Of a stretch of DNA of 5,755 nucleotides, positions 1-5,755 are shown piece by piece. Position numbers and translations under genes: made by a program. This stretch comes from Prasinococcaceae sp. CCMP 1430 (taxonomy: Eukaryota > Plantae > Prasinodermophyta), in assembly GCA_013416795.1 (NCBI GenBank), contig RQSC01000027.1, positions 779,685 to 785,439 of the forward strand. The letters are read 5' to 3'. Under the pieces are notes generated by a model. That model searched no databases. It worked only from the letters and a program-made list of their open reading frames with translations, and was not told where the DNA came from. Every line of letters begins with the position of its first letter. The first letter of the stretch is position 1.

Positions 1-1
1 C

Positions 2-1543
2 GCGGCGGCAGGCGGCAGCGACGGCGACGCGGCCGTGCGGCTGCTGCTCGGCGCGCTGGGCGAGGATGCCTCGCGCCCGGGTCTCGCAGACACCCCCGCG
101 CGCGTCGGCCGCGCCCTGCGCGAGGCGCTGAGTGGGTACGCCACCGGTGGCGCCGACGCCATCGGCGGCGCCGTCTTCGCTGAGCTGAGCTCCGCCGACG
201 CCGAAACCAACGGCGCGCCCGCGCCCGCGCCGCCGCTCGTGTGCGTGCGGGACATCCACTTCGCCTCGACGGACGCGCTGACGCTGCTGCCCTTTCAAGG
301 CTCGGCGAGCGTGGCGTACGTGCCCAAGGATGGCCGCGTCGTGGGGTTGTCAAAGGCGGCGCGCCTCGTGGACGCGTTCGCACGCCGGCTGACGACGCCC
401 GAGGAGCTCGCACGCGGCGTACGGCGTGCGCTCGAGGACGAGCTGCGGCCGGCGACCGTCGCCGTCCGCGTGCGCGCGCGGCCGGCGGGAGACGCCGCGT
501 ATGGCCACGCCTTCGAGACGGTGGGAGGCGCGAGCGCGGGCGGCGTGGCGGGGGGCGCCGACGCCGCCGATGTGCTCGACGGGGATGCTGCGCTTGCCGG
601 GATGTTCGCGGGCGCCAACGCCCAAGGTCCGGGGCGCCCCGGACACAGTCACAGGAAGGCGCTAAAGGTGTCGTTCGAGAACGGCGAGGTGCGCCCGCAG
701 GGGGGGCAGATGGATGAGGCGCAGGCCGTCGCCCACGGCGCCCCTCCAAAAAGCAGCGCGGTGGTGGACGCGCTGGTCGAGCTCGTGCGTGGCGCGCTGC
801 CGACGGACCGCGCGCTCGACACCTTCGACAGGGAGGCGGAGGCGGGGGCCTCGCTACGATCCTCGGCCGAGGCGTATGTGGAGGCCATGTTGAAACGCAC
901 GGCAGGCTACCGGTCGGGGCCGCTTGGGGAGGCGCTGCTGCGCGCCGGGGTGACGTCTGCGGGCGACGCGGCGCGGCGGGGGGTACACGCGGCGCCGCCT
1001 TTCGTGTGGGCGCCGCCGCTGCCGCCGCCCGCCATGCCCACGCAGCAGCGCGCACAGCAGCCTGAGCGACTCGCGTGGCACGAGCACGTCGCGCTGGACC
1101 TCGTGTCGACGTGCGAACACCACTTGTTGCCCTTCAGCGGCGTCGCGCACGTCGGCTATCTCCTCGCGCCTGCGGACGCGAGTGATGAGGGTGTTGTGGC
1201 GGCCAGCGAGGAGATTCCGGCGGCGGCGCTCGGCCGCGCGCGCGCACAGGCGCTGGTGGACCACTTCGCCACGCGGCTTCAGGTGCAGGAGCGCATTACC
1301 GAACAGGTCGCCGACGCGCTCATTGGAGCTGACGTGCGGGCGTGCGTGGGCGGGCGCCGCATCGCGGGCGCGTGCGTCGTCATCGAGGCCGCGCACATGT
1401 GCATGTCGGCGCGTGGCGTGCGCAAACCGCGCTCGGCGACCGTCAGCGTTGCAGTGCGCGGCGTGCTCAGCGCCGGGGGCACTGCCGCCACCGCGCGCAT
1501 GGTGGCCGCCCTCATGAGCGCGCGAACGGCTGCCACACGATAA
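2..1543 (+). CDS. GCH1: GTP cyclohydrolase I, bimodular (two tandem T-fold GCH-I domains), plant/green-algal type; 5'-partial
   Basis: The frame is open from base 2 (AAAGGSDGDAAVRLLLGALGED...), so the GTG at 35 is not the true start. Domain 1 has GEDxxRxGLxDTPxRV (T at 92), VRDIHFAS, LLPFxG, AYVPKDGRVVGLSKAARLVDAFARRL. Domain 2 has STCEHHLLPFSG (1106-), HVGY, RLQVQERIT (1274-), IEAAHMCMSARGV (1382-). The stop is TAA at 1541-1543. No intron is needed to keep the frame. Motifs were recognised from knowledge of FolE/GCH1; no database search was run. Confidence 0.95.
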   Translation, partial: AAAGGSDGDAAVRLLLGALGEDASRPGLADTPARVGRALREALSGYATGGADAIGGAVFAELSSADAETNGAPAPAPPLVCVRDIHFASTDALTLLPFQGSASVAYVPKDGRVVGLSKAARLVDAFARRLTTPEELARGVRRALEDELRPATVAVRVRARPAGDAAYGHAFETVGGASAGGVAGGADAADVLDGDAALAGMFAGANAQGPGRPGHSHRKALKVSFENGEVRPQGGQMDEAQAVAHGAPPKSSAVVDALVELVRGALPTDRALDTFDREAEAGASLRSSAEAYVEAMLKRTAGYRSGPLGEALLRAGVTSAGDAARRGVHAAPPFVWAPPLPPPAMPTQQRAQQPERLAWHEHVALDLVSTCEHHLLPFSGVAHVGYLLAPADASDEGVVAASEEIPAAALGRARAQALVDHFATRLQVQERITEQVADALIGADVRACVGGRRIAGACVVIEAAHMCMSARGVRKPRSATVSVAVRGVLSAGGTAATARMVAALMSARTAATR

Positions 1544-1553
1544 CCCCCCCCCC
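1544..1553 (+). repeat. C10 homopolymer immediately after the GCH1 stop codon
   Basis: TAA is followed directly by 10 consecutive C. Confidence 0.9.
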
Positions 1554-1737
1554 TTCACGCGCGCGAGGGGCATACGAATTTTTGAGGTCTTTGTGCATGC
1601 CATTACTCTCTCGCTCTCTACAGCGGTGTATCCTGCGCACGCCCACACCCTGCGCGAGGCAGGCGCTCTTAGGAGGGCCCCGCCGGTGGCCGCACCCGCC
1701 GCGCTCCATCGCGCGCGCGCCCCACCAGCCCGCTGGT

Positions 1738-1852
1738 CTGCGCGGGGCCCGGTGAGCCGCGCAACTGCGGAGCGCTGCGCGTGCGTGTATGTGTGTGTGT
1801 GTGCAAGCAGGTTGGGAAAATCCGCCGCCGCATTGGCCGCGCGCGCGCTCAC
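1738..1852 (-). other. Possible second intron (donor at 1852; acceptor ambiguous: CAG ending at 1775, 1765 or 1738)
   Basis: The apparent stop TGA (1851-1849) lies inside GG|GTGAGC, the same donor hexamer as intron 1. A GCTCAC branch-like motif followed by CCCCGCGCAG ending at 1738 would give 115 nt, close to the 118 nt of intron 1. A 78-nt alternative ending at 1775 continues in frame to TAA at 1671-1669. Confidence 0.45.
1781..1803. repeat. Short imperfect (GT)n microsatellite, perfect (GT)6 core at 1791-1802
   Basis: gtgcgtgtatgtgtgtgtgtgtg. A short imperfect (CT)n tract also lies at 1607-1619. Confidence 0.8.
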
Positions 1853-3712
1853 CCCATGCCCGAAACCACCAGGTCCGACATTCCAACCCCCCGAGGCGCG
1901 TAGGCGGGCGCGGCCGCCACGGGAGGCTCAGGAGCCATGGTTGGGTACCTGCGCTGCACGGCAGACGCAGCCGAGGCTATCGCCACCGGCAGGTCCTCGG
2001 GGGTCGTGGTGGGGTACCTGCGCTCCACGATGGGGGCGGCGTACGCCGCGTACGCCTCGTCGCCCTCGACCACGCGCATGGCCACGGTGCAGCTCGGCAG
2101 GGGGGCCAGCGTCGGCAGCGGCCGCGCTGCCGGGGCGGCCGCGCCCTTCCTCTTGCTCCCGGCGGGTGGCGCAGCTTGCACGGAGACGCGCGGCAGGTGC
2201 GCGTTGGCGCAGTCGCGGACGCCCTTGTACCCCTTGGCAAGGTGCTGTCCGAACGACGTGAGCCCCTTTTGCTCGCCGTCGTACTGCTCGGCGTGGCTGA
2301 TGAGGGCCTCGCCGGCCTTGGCGGCGCCTACGGCCACGGCGGTCGCGATGACCACCGGAGGAAACGCGAACTTGCCAGCGCGCTTGCCGGCGCGCGCGGC
2401 CGCGCCGGGCGCCGCGCGCACTGCGTTTGTAACGCCCGCGGTGGTCGAACGCACGCCGCCGACGGTCGCGCGCACGCCGCCGGTCACCCCATCGCACACC
2501 CCGCGCGCGAGCTTGAAAGGCGCTACCGCCACGGCGTACGCGGTGCGCGTGGTGAACGTGGTCACCTTGTACGCTGCCACCACGGGCAGCAGCGGCGCCA
2601 TGGCCACGCGTCCCACCGCGCGCAGTGCCCCGCGCAGCGGCCCGCGCTTGGCAGTCTGCCCGCGACGCCCGCGGCGCCCGCGCGCGCGCGCGCCGCCCGC
2701 CCCGTTGCCCTGTTTCCCAGCCCTTTCGCCGCCGTTCGTGATCTCCCACTGGCCAGTGCTCACATCGCCCAGCGCGCCCTGCTCAACCATCTCGCCGCTG
2801 CCCCGCTCCATGTCGATCTGACGGCGCGCGGAGCGCACGCCGCGGCCAGTGCGCGCGGCCGACGTCGGCGATGCCTTGGCCTCGGTGGGCGTGTCGAAGT
2901 CATACTCCGCCTCGCTCCTGTCGTCGAGCAGCACGCTCGTCGGCGACGAGCTCGCGGTCTGCGAGGCGCGCTCCGGCGTCAGCGTTGCGCGCGGGAAAGG
3001 GGGCGAGGGGTGCGAGGTGGGGGGCGGATGAGCAGCGAGAGCCCGCGGGCCGGCGGGGCGCGAGCGCGGTGCTCACCTTGCTGCCGAACATCTTGGGCAG
3101 CGCCCGCGTCCCGTCCGCGCAGCTACCGTCGATGCGCTTCGGGCCGTTGAAGGTCTCCATGGCAAAGGAGGGCATGGCCGCAAGCTGCTCGATGGCGGTC
3201 ATGCGGTGCTGCGCCGCGGCCTGGTGCATGTGCGGTCCCTCCGGCGCGGCTTGGGGCGCACGGGCCTCGCTGTACGGGCTGCCGCCGCCGTACGGGCTGC
3301 CGCCGCCGTACGGGCTGCCGCCGCGCGGCTCGAAGTCTTGGGTCGCATCATACGACGCGCGCGTCGGGGCCGGCGCAGACCACGCGACCGCGTTGGCGCT
3401 GGGGCTGCGGGGCGCGTTCGCGCTCGCCTCCTGGCCCTGCGAGTACGCTGCGACCTCCTGCATGAGCTCCGCGCAGCGGAAACCGCCGCTGGAGCGAGCC
3501 TCAGGCTCGGCGAGGTAGTACGCACCGACGCGCTCGATGAGCACCTCGCGCGCGGCGTCGAGCCGCTCGAGCGCCCCGTCCGATCCACCACTGGCCTCCA
3601 TCTCCGCGAGAGCGCCCTCGAGCGCGCCGAGCGCCACGCGCGTCGCGCGTACGAGCTCGGCCTCGCGGCCGGCCGCGCCGCGCGCGTGACAATGTCGGGC
3701 TCGTGGCAGCAT
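1849..3712 (-). CDS. Hypothetical protein of unknown function, spliced (exon 3077..3712 or 3077..3601, intron 2959..3076, exon 1849/1853..2958); about 545-580 aa if TGA 1849-1851 is the stop; both ends uncertain
   Basis: ORF 2900..3712 and ORF 1849..2934 join in frame through a phase-0 intron (...PKMFGSK|TASSSPTSVLL...). Sampled third codon positions are GC-rich on the minus frame, and the + frames read as Ser/Ala/Arg-rich antisense shadows. In-frame ATGs are at 3712-3710 and 3601-3599. No domain was recognised. Confidence 0.7.
2959..3076 (-). other. Spliceosomal GT-AG intron, 118 nt, phase 0
   Basis: Minus strand reads AAG|GTGAGC (donor), then a C-rich pyrimidine tract, a GCTGAC branch-point consensus (2983-2978) and CTCGCAG| (acceptor). 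Removing it joins two long ORFs exactly in frame. It also removes the TGA at 3075-3073 that closes the exon-2 frame upstream. Confidence 0.85.
3272..3324 (-). repeat. Perfect 18-nt coding tandem repeat, about 2.9 copies, encoding (G)GGSPY x3
   Basis: The + strand unit gtacgggctgccgccgcc occurs at 3272, 3290 and 3308 (last copy 17 of 18 nt). The protein reads RGGSPYGGGSPYGGGSPYS. Confidence 0.95.
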
Positions 3713-4218
3713 TCACATCTACCGCGGGACCATCCGCAGACGTTGTCGTTGCGACGGCGCACCTCTACTGGGACCCGCGAGCGGATGACGTCAAGGTGGC
3801 GCAGACGCGGCACCTGATCGAGGCCGCGACATGTTACGCACAGACACACGCGGGCGATGCCAAACGCGTCGTCATCGGCGGCGACCTAAACTCGCTACCT
3901 GGCTCGGAAGCGGTGCGAGCTTTCGAGGCCGCCGGGCTAGCATCAGCATACGGAACAGACACACCTGAGTTCACCACGCTGACCCCAGGCTTCACTGGCT
4001 GCATAGATTGGATCTTCCACGGCAGCGCGTTTGCGCCCACTGCCAGGCGACAGGTGCCCCCCGCCGACCGGGAGGCACTCGGCGAGGCGCTGCCGTCTCA
4101 TACGCAGCCGAGCGACCACCTCATGCTCGTCTGCGACCTCGCGCCTGCCGGCAACAGCCCTGGCGACGGGTTGGAGGTTGCCGAGATCCCGTACAAGATG
4201 GCGCGCGCGGCGCAGTGA
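3685..4218 (+). pseudogene. C-terminal half of a CCR4/nocturnin/Angel-family EEP (endonuclease/exonuclease/phosphatase) protein, CCR4-4-like; 5' half and start codon absent in this window (fragment, broken gene or assembly break)
   Basis: The frame extends upstream of the GTG at 3703 as RDNVGLVAAF. It then contains VVVATAHLYWDP..DVKVAQ, VIGGDLNSLPG, FTTLTPGFTGCIDWIF and LPSHTQPSDHL, with the stop TGA at 4216-4218. From memory these match Arabidopsis CCR4-4-type motifs (RDCVGIMAAF, ANTHLYWDP, TPGFT). I found no YNxLA or LQE motif in any + frame upstream, and no in-frame ATG between the stop at 3538-3540 and the SDHLM motif near the C-terminus. Confidence 0.8.
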
Positions 4219-4292
4219 GATGGGTGGGGTTGGGGGGGCAAACGCGAGCGGCGCAGTCGGTGCTCGCGCGGGCATGTACCATTATCAATCCC

Positions 4293-5681
4293 TTACTCGC
4301 CAGGCAACCTTGGCGCCTTGCGCTGGCGTTTGCCGTCGGAGCGCGGCGTCTCTTTGTCGTCGCTGGTTTTGCGCTTCTTGCTCGAGCTGCGACCGGCCGC
4401 GGGTGAGGGTGTCGTGGCCGCCGCTGCCATCGAGAAGCTTGCGAGCGACCCGCCGACCGCCGGGTCTTGCGCCCCGTGAGCACCCGCCGCGGCTCTGAGT
4501 GGGCCCCCTAGCCCCCCGAGACTGTACCCAACATCCAGACCACCCGTGCCTGGCATGCGCATCTGTATGCCCCCCGCTGCATTGGCCGAGTCACGGAGCT
4601 GCTGAAGCTCGGTCTCCACTCTCGCCAGCCGCTTCTGCATGTCTAGCGTCTCTATGATCTCCAGCGCCAGCGACAGATACGCCTCGGACACTGCCTTGGT
4701 CGGTGTCTTCGGCGCCTCCTCGAGGCCGTACTCGCGCATCAGCTGCTCCACGCGCTTCGCCGAGCGCGCGCCCGCTGCCGCCTGCAACTGCGCTGCAGTC
4801 GAGCGGGCCCACACGCCACGCATGTAGCGGCCCTCGTCTGGACGCGGCAGCTCACGCGCCGGCGCCATGTCCCCAGCGGCCTCCGCCGCGGCCGCACCGC
4901 CCTTCTCGTCGCGCAGCAACTCTTTGCGCTCGGCCTCCTGCTTCCTTCTCTCGCGGATGCGACCCGCCTCCTCCACGACCCGTTTCTCCTCCTCGAAGAT
5001 TGCCTGTGTCCTAGAGAGCGCCCTGGAGAGCGCACGTTTGCGCTGCTGCTCACTCACGACATTGTACGGCTCGCGAATGAGCGGGTGGTTGCTCACCTCG
5101 CGCGGGTCTGCGGCGCGCGACAGCACAAGAGCGCGCGCCACCGAATAGTAGCGGTGCTTGAGCTGCTCAATCGACCGCGGCGCCATCTGCCAGCGGTCGG
5201 CGATGACCACGAAACGCAGGTCGAAGCGCTCCGCCAACTCCAAGAGGTGATCGGTTTCCTTGCGCGTCCAGTTGTCGGCGCCCGTGTCGAGGCTCTCGAC
5301 CACCTTCGTGTACTCCTCGTCCGTGTACACGACCAGGCTGACAGCCTTGTTGTACTGTGCGAAGTAGTAGTCGTCTCCATGCTCCTTCTCGCGGTCCTCA
5401 CGGCTCCAGTGCCACAGCTTGAGCCCGTCCGTACGCGCCGAGTTGGAGAACTGCTTCCACGCCCACGGGTACCTCCGCTTGTCGACCTTGCGCTTGTCCT
5501 TCAGCCCCACGCCAGCGGCGGGCACTGCGGGCGCCGCACCGGCGTCCAAGAGCGCGTAGGCCTCGCGGCTCATGCCCTTTGGCTTCTTCGCGCGTTCGGC
5601 CTTCGGCTTGGGCTTCCCGCCGCCCGAGGCCCCGCCCGCCGCGCCGCCATCCACCCCGAGGATGTCGCGCACGTCGCTCAT
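4293..5681 (-). CDS. DMAP1: DNA methyltransferase 1-associated protein 1 / SWR1-complex protein 4 (SWC4/EAF2), shared subunit of the NuA4/TIP60 and SWR1 complexes; 462 aa, intronless
   Basis: It has the typical N-terminus MSDVRDILG and KPKGMSREAYALL, then WAWKQFSNSARTDGLKLWHW and YYFAQYNK. A SANT/Myb-like domain follows (YTDEEY...WTRKETDHLLELAERFDLRFVVIADRW...RSIEQLKHRYYSVAR, ~5133-5330), then a coiled region, a GVWARS motif and a basic NLS-like tail (SKKRK...KRQRK). ATG is at 5681-5679 and TAA at 4295-4293. Confidence 0.95.
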   Translation of the reverse strand: MSDVRDILGVDGGAAGGASGGGKPKPKAERAKKPKGMSREAYALLDAGAAPAVPAAGVGLKDKRKVDKRRYPWAWKQFSNSARTDGLKLWHWSREDREKEHGDDYYFAQYNKAVSLVVYTDEEYTKVVESLDTGADNWTRKETDHLLELAERFDLRFVVIADRWQMAPRSIEQLKHRYYSVARALVLSRAADPREVSNHPLIREPYNVVSEQQRKRALSRALSRTQAIFEEEKRVVEEAGRIRERRKQEAERKELLRDEKGGAAAAEAAGDMAPARELPRPDEGRYMRGVWARSTAAQLQAAAGARSAKRVEQLMREYGLEEAPKTPTKAVSEAYLSLALEIIETLDMQKRLARVETELQQLRDSANAAGGIQMRMPGTGGLDVGYSLGGLGGPLRAAAGAHGAQDPAVGGSLASFSMAAAATTPSPAAGRSSSKKRKTSDDKETPRSDGKRQRKAPRLPGE

Positions 5682-5755
5682 CTCGCCGCGCCGCCCTCTG
5701 CCCTAACCACTCCCCCGCCTTGCGGCCGCGCGCCGCCCGCGCGCCGCGCCGCGTG

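Noticed and set aside
266-295. GCH1 domain 1 as a QueF, PTPS or other distinct T-fold enzyme fused to FolE
   Set aside because: It keeps FolE-specific GED/TPxR/GLSK motifs and lacks the catalytic Cys/Glu pattern of QueF, so it is best read as a degenerate GCH-I repeat.
1607-1757. Plus-strand acceptor-like (ctctctacag, 1623) and donor-like (ggtgag, 1751) signals defining a hidden exon
   Set aside because: No frame of 1624-1751 resembles EEP or GCH1, and the motifs are explained by the CT microsatellite and the reverse complement of the minus-strand branch-like motif.
854-3150. Long alternative-frame and antisense ORFs (854..1852 -, 1593..2261 +, 1789..3150 +, 1937..2821 +, 1928..2749 -, and many shorter ones)
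   Set aside because: They are Arg/Ala/Pro-rich shadows of the real genes. Stop codons are rare at this GC content, and none has a recognisable motif.
3272-3324. GGGSPY repeat or RRYPT duplication as a CRISPR array or RNA polymerase II CTD
   Set aside because: There are no unique spacers and no cas genes, the repeats are in frame within a eukaryotic CDS, and the unit is not the YSPTSPS heptad.
3692-3740. ATG at 3692 plus a mini-intron (3703-3739) as a start for the EEP ORF
   Set aside because: The ATG is out of frame, the 37-nt splice does not restore the frame, and it would delete conserved residues (VAAF).
3206-3817. ORF 3206..3817 (+) or other + frames as the missing EEP N-terminal half
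   Set aside because: I translated all three + frames by eye and found no YNxLA, LQE or DGxAxF motif. The sequence is better explained as antisense of the minus-strand gene.
4213-4256. GTGAGA donor overlapping the EEP stop codon
   Set aside because: The EEP domain is already complete by then, and the nearest CAG would give a 42-nt intron, much shorter than the well-supported one here.
1-5681. Functional cluster linking folate/one-carbon synthesis (GCH1), a deadenylase-like enzyme and a DNMT1-associated chromatin factor
   Set aside because: These are unrelated housekeeping genes that are adjacent in a compact eukaryotic genome. Nothing in the sequence supports co-regulation.
5700-5710. CCCTAACC upstream of DMAP1 as a telo-box, telomeric seed or branch point
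   Set aside because: It is a single partial match lacking the AAACCCTA core, and no AG acceptor follows within the window. Chance occurrence is plausible.

Overview
Very GC-rich (roughly 70-75% by eye), gene-dense, intron-poor eukaryotic DNA. The gene content points to a green alga, probably prasinophyte-like (inference). Four coding units fill almost the whole window. (1) A bimodular, plant-type GTP cyclohydrolase I on + (<2..1543), cut at its 5' end by the window edge. (2) An unrecognised low-complexity protein on -. The ORF track shows it as two ORFs, but they join through a canonical 118-nt GT-AG intron (2959..3076), and a second intron probably starts at 1852. (3) Only the C-terminal half of a CCR4/nocturnin/Angel-family EEP phosphoesterase on + (~3685..4218), most like plant CCR4-4. 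(4) A complete, intronless DMAP1/SWC4/EAF2 gene on - (4293..5681). The main anomaly is at ~3660-3715. There the half-EEP has no start codon and no N-terminal catalytic half, and it abuts or overlaps the 5' end of the divergent minus-strand gene with no room for promoters. This is the pattern of an inversion or deletion breakpoint, or an assembly/amplification chimera, or, less likely, a split or trans-spliced gene. I found no mobile element, RNA gene or CRISPR array, and no convincing novel multi-gene system.
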